Assembly (NCBI GenBank): GCA_045804645.1
Contig: JBJMMR010000006.1
Coordinates: forward strand, 19,827 to 83,826
Source of the DNA: Chloroflexota bacterium
Lineage (GTDB): Bacteria > Chloroflexota > Limnocylindria > Limnocylindrales > CSP1-4
Direction of reading: 5' to 3'
DNA length: 64,000 nucleotides
In this document: positions 1 through 9,042 of the stretch, piece by piece
How positions within the stretch are numbered: the stretch's first letter is position 1
Layout of the letters: each line of letters begins with the position of its first letter
Translations under genes and position numbers: made by a program
The notes under the pieces: model-generated
Told to the model about the DNA's origin: nothing
The model's database searches: none
The model's input: the letters and a program-made list of their open reading frames with translations, nothing else

Positions 1-40
1 TGATCCAGACGCTCGCGCTGCCGACGGCACGCCCGCGACG

Positions 41-523
41 ATGATCGCGACCCGAGGCCACCACACCGATGCGCTCCGTGCGCTCCTCGACGCCGGTGCC
101 GACGTCGACGCCCAGGACGCCACCCTCGACAACCCACTGCTGTACGCCGGCCGCGAGGGCTTCCTCGACGTCGTCCGCGTCGCGAACGAGGCCGAGGCGG
201 ACCCGACGATAACCAATCGCTACGGGGGCGTCGCCCATATCCCTGCCTCCGAGCGCGGGCACGTCGAAGTCGTGCGCTACCTGCTGAACGAGACCGACAT
301 CGATGTCGACCACGTCAATCGTCTCGGCTGGACAGCACTCCTCGAAGCGATCCTGCTATCCGACGGCGGGCCACGCCACCAGGAGATCGTCGAGCTGCTC
401 CTCGAAGCCGGCGCAGATCCCGACCTCGCCGACGGCGATGGTGTTCGTCCGCTGACCCATGCCCGGGACCGCGGTCAGACCGAGATCGTACGGCTGCTCG
501 AGGCGGCGGACGCCCGTCCCTAG
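41..523 (+). CDS. Ankyrin-repeat protein. The frame stays open back to the window start, so the true 5' end may lie upstream.
   Basis: The translation shows several ANK-like units (GHVEVVRYLL..; TALLEAILLSDGGPRHQEIVELLLEAGADPDLADGDGVRPLTHA). There is no in-frame stop between nt 2 and nt 41. Confidence 0.8.
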   Translation: MIATRGHHTDALRALLDAGADVDAQDATLDNPLLYAGREGFLDVVRVANEAEADPTITNRYGGVAHIPASERGHVEVVRYLLNETDIDVDHVNRLGWTALLEAILLSDGGPRHQEIVELLLEAGADPDLADGDGVRPLTHARDRGQTEIVRLLEAADARP

Positions 524-3180
524 CCGACGAGGTCCAGGTTCGCGAGGCTCGCGAGCATGGTCTTGCGGCCGACGGTCGGGTCCTTGAACGCGACGGTGAT
601 CTCCTCGTCGCTTCGGGTCAGCTTCGACGTGACGACGATCCCATCGCCCCAACGTCCGTGGCGGACGCGATCGCCGTCACGGAACTGGCGCTCCCCAGGG
701 ATGACGGGGCGTGGCGGACGGGTGGGCGCGGCGGTCGCGCCGCCGATCCCGAGAGAACCGGACGGGGCGCCGGCTTCGAACGCGTCGCGTCGCGCGGCGA
801 GGTCTCGGCTCGGCCGGAACGTCTCGCCCTCGCTCGGAGCACCAGGCCGGCCGCTGCCCTGCCGATAGGCCGGCCCGGCTCCACGCGTCGGTGTGTTGAA
901 GCGGGTCGTCCGACGCTGCCCGAACACCAGATCGAGGTCCAGCTCGCGGTCGGGCTCGTCGATGCCACCGAGGCGCGGACCGATCATCAGCTCGGCGGGG
1001 ATCTCGATGAGGAACCGCGACGGGACCGATGCCTGCCCCATCCCCCACGTCGCGCGTCGCCAGGCATGTGACAGGTACAGGCGCCGCTTGGCGCGGGTGA
1101 TACCGACGTACGCCAGCCGCCGTTCCTCCTCGAGCTCGCGTTCGTCGTCGAGCGCACGACTGTGCGGGAACAGGCCCTCCTCGAGACCGGCGATGAAGAC
1201 GACCGGGAACTCGAGGCCTTTCGCGGCATGTAGCGTGATCAGCGTTGCGGCGTCCGCCTCGCCCTCGTACGAATCCTGGTCGGCGACGAGCGCCGTCTCC
1301 TCGAGTAACCGGTCGAGCGCATCCTCCGGCTCGAGATCGTCGTACCGAGTCGTCACCGAGCGGAGCTCGAGCAGGTTCGCCCAGCGGTCCTCGCCGTCCT
1401 CCGAGCCATCGGCGAGCATCGCCCGGTAGCCGGACGCCTCGAGCACCTCGTCGAGCAGCTCGGGGAGTGGCAGCACGCCGATCCGTGTCCGCATACGGCG
1501 CACCAGCCCGGCGAACTCGCCCAAGGCGTTGCGCGTGCGCGGCGCGAGCGTCGGGATGTCGCCGCGTGCGCCGCGCTCGATCGCGCTCCAGTACGTCCCT
1601 GGTTCCCCGGTCTCGGCATCGGTGGCCGCTGCGGCCGCGCGGAGTGCTTCGATCGTCTTGTCGCCGATCGATCTCGCGGGGACGTTGATGATCCGCTCGA
1701 AGCTGACGCTGTCGGTGTCCGAGCGCAGCACGCGGAGGTAGGCGAGCGCGTCCTTGACCTCGCGTCGCGCGTAGAAGCGCGTGCCGCCGATGAGCTGATA
1801 CCGCAAGCCGTACCGAAGGAAGGATTCCTCGATGGCCCGGGACTGCGCGTTCATCCGGTACATCACGGCGATGTCTCGCGCTCGGAACTTGGTGTCCTCG
1901 TCGCTCTCGTCGGCGCGCCGGGTGAGCTCCGTTCCGCGCCCGCCGATCAGCGCCTCCACCTGGCGGGCGATCCACTCGGCCTCCTCATCCTCGTTGTAGG
2001 CCTCGAACCGCTGGATCTTCAGCCCGCCTTTGATGTCGGTCCAGAGCTTCTTGTCCTTGCGGGCCGTGTTGTGCGAGACGACGGCATGCGCCGCATCGAG
2101 GATGAGCTGGGTCGAGCGGTAGTTGCGCTCGAGCTTGACGACCGTCGCGTTGGGCCAATCGCGCTCGAAATCGAGGATGTTGCGCAGGTCGGCACCGCGC
2201 CACGAGTAGATCGACTGGTCGTCGTCGCCCACGACGGCGAGGTTGCCGCGCTTCCGGGCGAGCGCGTTGACCCACAGGTATTGCGCGCGGTTCGTGTCCT
2301 GATACTCATCGACATGGAGGTAGTGCCAGCGATCCTGGTAGCGGGCGAGCACATCGGGCGCCTCGTGGAACAGGCGGACGGCCTCGAGCAGCAGGTCGTC
2401 GAAGTCGAGGGCGCGGGCAGCGCGCAGCCGCTCCTGGTACCGCCCCGCGAGGCGCGCGATGGTCCGCTCGCGATGGTTGGAGGCGTTCTCGGCCAGGAAC
2501 GTCGGGTCGAGCATCTCGTTCTTCGCGCGGCTGATCGCGGCGAGGACGACGCTGGGCCGGAACTCGCCGGTCAGCGGCATGTCCTCCTCGCGGAGGATCT
2601 GCTTCATCAGCGCCTGCTGGTCGTCGGTGTCGTAGATCACGAACCGTCGACTGATCCCGATCGCCTCGCCATCCCGCCGGAGGACGCGGGCGCACAGGGC
2701 GTGGAACGTCCCAGCCTGGACGTCGCGACCACCTTCGCCGACCAGGCTGATGATCCGCTCGCGAAGCTCGGCGGCTGCCTTGTTGGTGAACGTCACGGCG
2801 AGGATCCGGAACGGCGGGACATCCTTGACGCCGACGAGGTACGCGATGCGATGCGCGAGGACACGGGTCTTGCCCGAGCCAGCGCCAGCGAGGATGAGCA
2901 GTGGCCCTTCGGTCGTCGTGACCGCGCGTGCCTGTTCCGGGTTGAGTGCGCGGAGGATCTGCGCCTCGCGGTCGGCGCGCCGTTTCGCGAGGACCTGGGG
3001 ATCGGGACCCTTGGGCGCTGGCGCGGTGGGGTCGCGCCCCGGCGCGTCGGCGCCGGCGTCACGAAGCCAGTCCGGTTCGTCGGGGACCGTGTCCGAGACC
3101 TCGGCCGCTACGGTCCCGGGTGTCCCGAGGGCGTCGTCGAGGGTGGGGTCGCCGGTCCGGCGACGGGTCCTTGGGCTCAC
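520..3180 (-). CDS. pcrA: ATP-dependent DNA helicase, PcrA/UvrD family (886 aa), GTG start
   Basis: Walker A (AGAGSGKTRVLAHR), motif II (VDEYQDTN) and GDDDQSIYSWRGA are present. The C-terminal Tudor-like tail (DGDRVRHGRWGDGIVV) is typical of PcrA. Confidence 0.93.
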   Translation of the reverse strand: MSPRTRRRTGDPTLDDALGTPGTVAAEVSDTVPDEPDWLRDAGADAPGRDPTAPAPKGPDPQVLAKRRADREAQILRALNPEQARAVTTTEGPLLILAGAGSGKTRVLAHRIAYLVGVKDVPPFRILAVTFTNKAAAELRERIISLVGEGGRDVQAGTFHALCARVLRRDGEAIGISRRFVIYDTDDQQALMKQILREEDMPLTGEFRPSVVLAAISRAKNEMLDPTFLAENASNHRERTIARLAGRYQERLRAARALDFDDLLLEAVRLFHEAPDVLARYQDRWHYLHVDEYQDTNRAQYLWVNALARKRGNLAVVGDDDQSIYSWRGADLRNILDFERDWPNATVVKLERNYRSTQLILDAAHAVVSHNTARKDKKLWTDIKGGLKIQRFEAYNEDEEAEWIARQVEALIGGRGTELTRRADESDEDTKFRARDIAVMYRMNAQSRAIEESFLRYGLRYQLIGGTRFYARREVKDALAYLRVLRSDTDSVSFERIINVPARSIGDKTIEALRAAAAATDAETGEPGTYWSAIERGARGDIPTLAPRTRNALGEFAGLVRRMRTRIGVLPLPELLDEVLEASGYRAMLADGSEDGEDRWANLLELRSVTTRYDDLEPEDALDRLLEETALVADQDSYEGEADAATLITLHAAKGLEFPVVFIAGLEEGLFPHSRALDDERELEEERRLAYVGITRAKRRLYLSHAWRRATWGMGQASVPSRFLIEIPAELMIGPRLGGIDEPDRELDLDLVFGQRRTTRFNTPTRGAGPAYRQGSGRPGAPSEGETFRPSRDLAARRDAFEAGAPSGSLGIGGATAAPTRPPRPVIPGERQFRDGDRVRHGRWGDGIVVTSKLTRSDEEITVAFKDPTVGRKTMLASLANLDLVG

Positions 3181-3186
3181 CCTCGC

Positions 3187-3192
3187 ATTCTA
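3187..3192 (-). promoter_or_regulatory. -10-like hexamer TAGAAT, exactly 6 nt upstream of the pcrA GTG. A leaderless transcript is predicted.
   Basis: The minus strand reads TAGAAT-gcgagg-GTG, with no Shine-Dalgarno sequence in between. Confidence 0.5.
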
Positions 3193-3468
3193 GGTCCGGG
3201 CACGCTCCCGAGCCTTCACCCGCGGCCGTCCCCTATGACATCGGGCGGCTCCGACGGATCGCGTAGACGATCGCCTCACCGAGGTAGATCACGGCGAGGA
3301 CGAGGACCTGCTCCGGCCCCGCGATAGGCAGGACCGACACGACGAAGATCGGGGCCAGTAACGCGAACCAGAACGCGTTCTGCCGGACGAATGCGAGCGC
3401 AGCGCGCCGATCTGCTCGATGAGCTCGTCCACACCGGGACGCTACCCCACCGTCGTCGCTTCGGACCG

Positions 3469-4248
3469 CTAGCCCGCTGGTTCGACCTGATCAGCCGGCG
3501 GAGGGTTGATCTGCACGGGTTCGTTCCACTTGGTGAATGTGCCCTGGACGGTCAGATTCCCGAGATCGCCCATGTCGACCACCGCGGTCGCATCTGATAC
3601 GCGGGTCGTCGCCTGGTCGATGTGGAGCGTCAGGTCCACCGTCGAGCTCGACAGATCGGGCACTTGGATCGGAACGGGCAACGCGCTCGGGATCGGACCC
3701 GCGCCAGCACCGCTGCCGGCGGGAGCGAGGTCGCCGGGCTTCAACGTGAGCGTCAGCGTGTAGCACGTTCCGCCGGCGCACGGCGCGTCCGCTTCCTTCG
3801 TCGGTTGGAGATCCGATCGCGCGAGCAGGTCCGTCAAGCCCTTGAGCGGTTGCTGGCGCTCAGCCGATAGTGGCGTGGAACGGTACTTCGGCCCGGTGAG
3901 GGTCGTCTTCACGTACAGCGCGTCCGCGACGATGACGTCGCCCGCCAGGTTGAACAAGCTCGGCGCCGAGAACGCCGCGTGCAGCTTGCCGTTCTGTAGA
4001 TCGAGGTCGGCGTTGGCGGTCGACCCGCTCAGGTCGACCGGCGTCGATGTCCCGGTGCCAAGGGGGTCGACCCCGAGCTTCCCTTCGGCAGTGAGGTCGA
4101 CGTGGACGCTCGTGGCCGCTGCAGTGGATGTGGCCGCGGCGGCAAGGATCTCCTTCGGGTCGGATAGCAGTTTGATCGGGGTGCCCTGGCACGCGGCGAG
4201 GATCAGTACCCCGATGAGCGGCGCGATGGCGAGTCGTGTGAAGCGCAT
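3469..4248 (-). CDS. Secreted lipoprotein, LolA/LprG-like (possibly LppX_LprAFG/DUF1396-type)
   Basis: An internal ATG gives MRFTRLAIAPLIGVLILAAC, with lipobox L-A-A-C. The mature part is beta-rich (..GDVIVADALYVKTTLTGPKY..), reminiscent of LprG-family carriers. The longer 298-aa ORF would overlap the upstream gene. Confidence 0.6.
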   Translation of the reverse strand: MRFTRLAIAPLIGVLILAACQGTPIKLLSDPKEILAAAATSTAAATSVHVDLTAEGKLGVDPLGTGTSTPVDLSGSTANADLDLQNGKLHAAFSAPSLFNLAGDVIVADALYVKTTLTGPKYRSTPLSAERQQPLKGLTDLLARSDLQPTKEADAPCAGGTCYTLTLTLKPGDLAPAGSGAGAGPIPSALPVPIQVPDLSSSTVDLTLHIDQATTRVSDATAVVDMGDLGNLTVQGTFTKWNEPVQINPPPADQVEPAG

Positions 4249-4298
4249 ATACCCAGCGTCCGGGTGGCGCCTCTGGCTGTCAAACGCCTGGTCGCCGC

Positions 4299-4685
4299 CT
4301 AGGGCATCGGCGTCGACGGAGGGCTCGTGGTCGGTGGCGGAGGCGGCGTCGTCGAGGTCATCCACGCCGGTGGCGGGGCGGGGGGCTCGGCGCGGTCGAC
4401 CTCGACCTCGATGCCGCCGACCACGCCAGCCACGAAGTTGTAGAGCAGGCAGAGGATGGCCGTGGCGATCCAGCCGATGAGGCCGTACACGAGTGCGGCC
4501 ACGATCGCCACGACGAGCAGGCCGAAGCCGCTGCCGACAGCCTGTGTCGGCCCTCCGTTGGTCGACACGCCAGCGATCGCGACGAGCAGGAAGAACGGGA
4601 TCGCGAAGACCGCGACGATAACCGTGTACATCAACGCCACGACCGTCGCGGTCTTCACCACGCTGAACCTTCGGATCCGGACCAT
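4299..4685 (-). CDS. Small integral membrane protein (DUF3566-like N-terminus, 3 predicted TM segments, Pro/Thr-rich tail)
   Basis: MVRIRRFSVVKTATVVALMYTVIVAVFAIPFFLLVAIAG.. is followed by two further hydrophobic helices and a PPPPPTTSPPSTP tail. The family assignment is from memory only. Confidence 0.6.
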   Translation of the reverse strand: MVRIRRFSVVKTATVVALMYTVIVAVFAIPFFLLVAIAGVSTNGGPTQAVGSGFGLLVVAIVAALVYGLIGWIATAILCLLYNFVAGVVGGIEVEVDRAEPPAPPPAWMTSTTPPPPPTTSPPSTPMP

Positions 4686-4781
4686 CGCATCCCTCCCTGA
4701 TAGTCGAGGGATCGAGTATGCCGGGAGGCCGAAGCCTATCGGCGCTTTTGCTATCCCGCGCGCCGCCCGGCGCGCCCCGGG

Positions 4782-5078
4782 TCAGTCGTCCTCGACGACC
4801 GTCTCGTTGTCGTTGGCTGCGAGGCGATGTCCTGCGACGTCTTCGTCGTCGACGACGGTCTCATCGTCGTTGCTGGCGAGCCGGTGGGCCTCGACATCAG
4901 CCTCTTGATTTGCGGCGTCCTCGTCGTCGACCGTCTCGTTGTCGTTCGCCGCCAGGCGGTGACCCTCGACGTCCGTCCCCTCGTCCGGGACCGTCTCGTT
5001 GTCATTCGCCGCGAGACGATGGCCCTGGACGTCGTCGTCGTCGATCACGATCTCACGTCCCATCGTTCCGTCGGTCAT
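4782..5078 (-). CDS. Very acidic 98-aa protein with four tandem DV-x-G/A-H-R-L-A-A/S-N-D-N/D-E-T-V repeats; function unknown
   Basis: A GGAGG Shine-Dalgarno lies 7 nt upstream of the ATG at 5078 (MTDGTMGREIVIDDDD..). The four repeat cores are separated by D/E-rich linkers. There is no signal peptide. Confidence 0.7.
   Translation of the reverse strand: MTDGTMGREIVIDDDDVQGHRLAANDNETVPDEGTDVEGHRLAANDNETVDDEDAANQEADVEAHRLASNDDETVVDDEDVAGHRLAANDNETVVEDD
4797..5033 (-). repeat. Four 45-nt imperfect direct repeats (4797-4841, 4854-4898, 4929-4973, 4989-5033) encoding the GHRLAANDNETV cores
   Basis: The plus-strand unit gaccgtctcgttgtcgtt.gc.gc.ag.cg.tg.cc...gacgtc recurs four times with offsets of 57, 75 and 60 nt. 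Confidence 0.85.
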
Positions 5079-5140
5079 CGTGGTCCTCCGCTCCGCATCT
5101 CCCAAGATAGGGATTTCAACGAGTAAGGCGTGCTCCAGTC

Positions 5141-6334
5141 TCAGACTGTTCGATCTGGGTCGCCGTCGACGCCAGCCAGTCGGCCCAGGTTACGTCGCGC
5201 TGCCGACAAGGTGGGGTGGTCCCTCGCAACGACGCCTTCCAGAAGCCTGACGGCGTGCTCGAATGCCGCGCCTGCCTCGTCCGTTCGCCCGCTTCGCCGA
5301 AGCACGGTCCCAAGGTTGACCAGAGTCGTGGCGAGCGCCGGTGCTTCCAGACCTTGCGTGCGCTCCTTGATCGCCAGGGCCCGTCGGTAGCGCTCCTCGG
5401 CGGCGGCCAGATCACCCCGGCGCTGATCGAGCGCAGCGAGATTATTCAACGTGACCGCGTACTCCCGGTGCTCCTCTCCGACGGTTGCGGCAAGGTCGCG
5501 AAGGACGCCTTCGAGGAGTTCGGTGGCCTCATCATCGCGACCGAGATCGGACAGGATCGCAGCAAGGCCGGCCCGATCGAGGATCGCCGCGAGGTGACGA
5601 CGGCCGCTGGTCCCCTCACGGATCTCGACCGACCGTCGTGCAAGCGGCTCAGCGGCTTCGGGATCGCCGCGCGCATGCGCCAGGCCGGCGAGGTTGTGGT
5701 AGATCGCCGCCATGTCGGGGTGGCTCGGGCCATGTCGCGTCTCGATGATCCGACCAGCGCGAGCGTACGCCTCCGCTGACGCGTCGAACTCGCCCGAGAA
5801 CTTCGCGAGGACGCCCTGAGCGTTCAGGACCTCCGCCGCCTCCTGCGACTCGTTCCCGAGCGTCGTACCTGCGATCAGGAGTGCGCGGTCAAGCGTCGTG
5901 CGGGCGCCGCTGTAGTTCCCGCGCAGGCGCTCGCCATGGGCGCGATACATCAGCGCCTTCACCTCCACGCGCCGCGCCTGCTGATCCGGCTCGTCCGCGG
6001 TGAGGTCGAGGGCCTGCTCGAACAGGCGGCGTGCGTCTTCGCCGCGTTCGGTCAGGACGAGACCGCGCTCGCACAGCGCCTCAGCGCGAGCGGTCTGCGC
6101 GACGATGGGCGACATGATCTCCTCGATCCGCTCGAGCTGGACGTCGACCTCGACGGCATTGCCCACGGCGAACTGCACGCGGACGAGCCCGGCGCGCGCC
6201 GTAATCTCGGTCGAGGTCTCGCCGCTCTCCTGCGCGGCACCGACTGCGCGCTCGAAGTCGACGATCGCGCCTTCGTCGTCACCGTCCTCCTCGCGGCGTC
6301 GTGCGCGTTCGACGAGGGCCACTGCGTCCGCCAT
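5141..6334 (-). CDS. Tetratricopeptide-repeat protein (TPR_10/TPR_12-like, 397 aa)
   Basis: Recurrent ~40-aa units read ..A..YHNLAGLAHARGDPEAAEPLARRSVEIRE.., ..TLNNLAALDQRRGDLAAAEERYRRALAI.., ..TLVNLGTVLRRSGRTDEAGAAFEHAV.. Confidence 0.85.
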   Translation of the reverse strand: MADAVALVERARRREEDGDDEGAIVDFERAVGAAQESGETSTEITARAGLVRVQFAVGNAVEVDVQLERIEEIMSPIVAQTARAEALCERGLVLTERGEDARRLFEQALDLTADEPDQQARRVEVKALMYRAHGERLRGNYSGARTTLDRALLIAGTTLGNESQEAAEVLNAQGVLAKFSGEFDASAEAYARAGRIIETRHGPSHPDMAAIYHNLAGLAHARGDPEAAEPLARRSVEIREGTSGRRHLAAILDRAGLAAILSDLGRDDEATELLEGVLRDLAATVGEEHREYAVTLNNLAALDQRRGDLAAAEERYRRALAIKERTQGLEAPALATTLVNLGTVLRRSGRTDEAGAAFEHAVRLLEGVVARDHPTLSAARRNLGRLAGVDGDPDRTV

Positions 6335-6340
6335 CCCGGA

Positions 6341-6346
6341 AGTATG
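6341..6346 (-). promoter_or_regulatory. -10-like hexamer CATACT, 6 nt upstream of the TPR gene ATG (leaderless arrangement)
   Basis: The minus strand reads CATACT-tccggg-ATG, with no Shine-Dalgarno sequence. Confidence 0.35.
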
Positions 6347-6438
6347 CGGAACTGATCGGCTCCACCAGCGCGGATCCGCCGGGTCTCGGCCGGACCTTCT
6401 GCGTGTTCCGGTGGGTCCTACGGGTCGGCCGACCTGCC

Positions 6439-6591
6439 CTAGCGGTCGTGCCGTCGGTGGACGGGCACGTCAGCGGACAATCGCCTTCCCCCGACACGCC
6501 GCGTCCTGCGCATCCCGACCTCCAAGAGCAGCAGCGCGGCGGTCATCACGCTCACGAACGCCACCAGCATCCACGCTTGCAACGGGTCCAT
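6439..6591 (-). CDS. Candidate 50-aa single-TM peptide. It is below the ORF-track length cut-off.
   Basis: The minus strand reads aaGGAGGAcgagcaccagATG, followed by MDPLQAWMLVAFVSVMTAALLLLEVGMRRTRR..; that is a hydrophobic helix followed by a basic tail. No homology was recognised. Confidence 0.3.
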   Translation of the reverse strand: MDPLQAWMLVAFVSVMTAALLLLEVGMRRTRRVGGRRLSADVPVHRRHDR

Positions 6592-6750
6592 CTGGTGCTC
6601 GTCCTCCTTCCCGCGATCTGGAGGCGGTCGACGATAGGTTCAGGCGCGAGTCGTGTCGATACGGCGAATACCGCATAGCACATGCGGCCCTTCTGACGAT
6701 GGGCGCGGTCGGGCGGCGCGTACGGGTACTGAGGCGTCGGCGAGTAACGT

Positions 6751-6785
6751 CAGAGCCGGGTCTCGTTGAAGGAGACCCGGCTCTG
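6751..6785 (-). terminator. Perfect 14-bp stem / 7-nt loop hairpin downstream of groEL
   Basis: CAGAGCCGGGTCTC-gttgaag-GAGACCCGGCTCTG. There is no clear U-tract. Confidence 0.55.
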
Positions 6786-6799
6786 AGCTTGGTTCGTGT

Positions 6800-6820
6800 G
6801 CGTCCGTCGTCGACGGACGC
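6800..6820 (-). terminator. 8-bp GC-rich hairpin 15 nt downstream of the groEL stop codon
   Basis: GCGTCCGT-cgtcg-ACGGACGC. There is no U-tract. Confidence 0.4.
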
Positions 6821-6834
6821 GCCTGGGGCGCGGT

Positions 6835-8517
<1,683 letters not shown>

Positions 8518-8838
8518 CTAGTCGTTGACGATCGCGAGGATGTCCTTCTGGCTGACGATCAGGTACTCGTCCCCATCGATCTTGAACTCGGTGCCCGCGT
8601 ACTTGGCGTAGAGGACCTTGTCGCCCTCCTTGACGTCCATCGCCTCGCGCTTGCCGTCGTCGTTGATCTTGCCGGGACCCGCGGCGATGATCGTCCCCTC
8701 CTGGGGCTTCTCCTTGGCGGTGTCCGGCAGGACGATGCCGCTCTTCGTCATCTCCTCGCGGGGCGTGGGCTCGATGACCACGCGATCGCCGAGAGGGCGA
8801 AGCTTGGTCTTGGTCTTGGTCGCGGTGGCAGTGGCCAA
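8518..8838 (-). CDS. groES: Co-chaperonin GroES (106 aa), TTG start
   Basis: ..[46 protein letters not shown].. GGAGG lies 9 nt upstream of the TTG. Confidence 0.97.
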   Translation of the reverse strand: MATATATKTKTKLRPLGDRVVIEPTPREEMTKSGIVLPDTAKEKPQEGTIIAAGPGKINDDGKREAMDVKEGDKVLYAKYAGTEFKIDGDEYLIVSQKDILAIVND

Positions 8839-8981
8839 CGTGCGATACCTCCTGTGACGGCCAGCGGACCGACCGGCGTTGGATTACGGGCGGCCGACCG
8901 CTCGGGTTTGCGTCGGTCAGCCGATCCCTCTCTTGTTCGTTCGCATCGCCACCGGACGCCCCGCGGGGCTCCGTCGATGCA

Positions 8982-9008
8982 TTAGCACTCTCTGTGTCAG
9001 AGTGCTAA
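8982..9008 (-). promoter_or_regulatory. CIRCE operator (HrcA binding site), a perfect match to the consensus
   Basis: TTAGCACTC-tctgtgtca-GAGTGCTAA equals TTAGCACTC-N9-GAGTGCTAA. It lies immediately downstream of the -10 box in the groES 5' region. Confidence 0.95.
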
Positions 9009-9013
9009 GACAA

Positions 9014-9042
9014 ATCTAACGAACGCTCGCCGGCTCTGTCAA
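9014..9042 (-). promoter_or_regulatory. groESL sigma-A-type promoter: TTGACA - 17 nt - TTAGAT
   Basis: The minus strand has TTGACA at 9042..9037 and TTAGAT at 9019..9014. The -35 box overlaps the tatD stop codon. Confidence 0.75.

Noticed and set aside
2071-3327. Long plus-strand ORF (418 aa) antisense to pcrA. Similar long antisense or out-of-frame ORFs occur throughout, e.g. 7285..8985, 9631..11016, 11601..13547, 15613..17148, 17449..19113, 20771..22150, 23493..25298, 41327..42898, 44238..45539, 45839..47308, 54094..55158, 56992..58749, 59731..61275.
   Set aside because: These are typical shadow ORFs of a high-GC genome. Their products are Arg/Pro/Gly/Ala-rich low-complexity sequence with no recognisable motifs. 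Each overlaps a gene on the opposite strand or in another frame that has unambiguous family signatures.
3233-3490. Minus-strand frame encoding a convincing-looking 2-TM hydrophobic stretch (..AFVRQNAFWFALLAPIFVVSVLPIAGPEQVLVLAVIYLGEAIVYAIRRSRPMS*) between the lipoprotein gene and pcrA.
   Set aside because: The frame is open for only 86 codons and has no ATG, GTG or TTG upstream of the first hydrophobic helix. The only in-frame GTG would give a 35-aa single-helix fragment. It could be a decayed gene or a non-canonical start, but I cannot support a CDS call.
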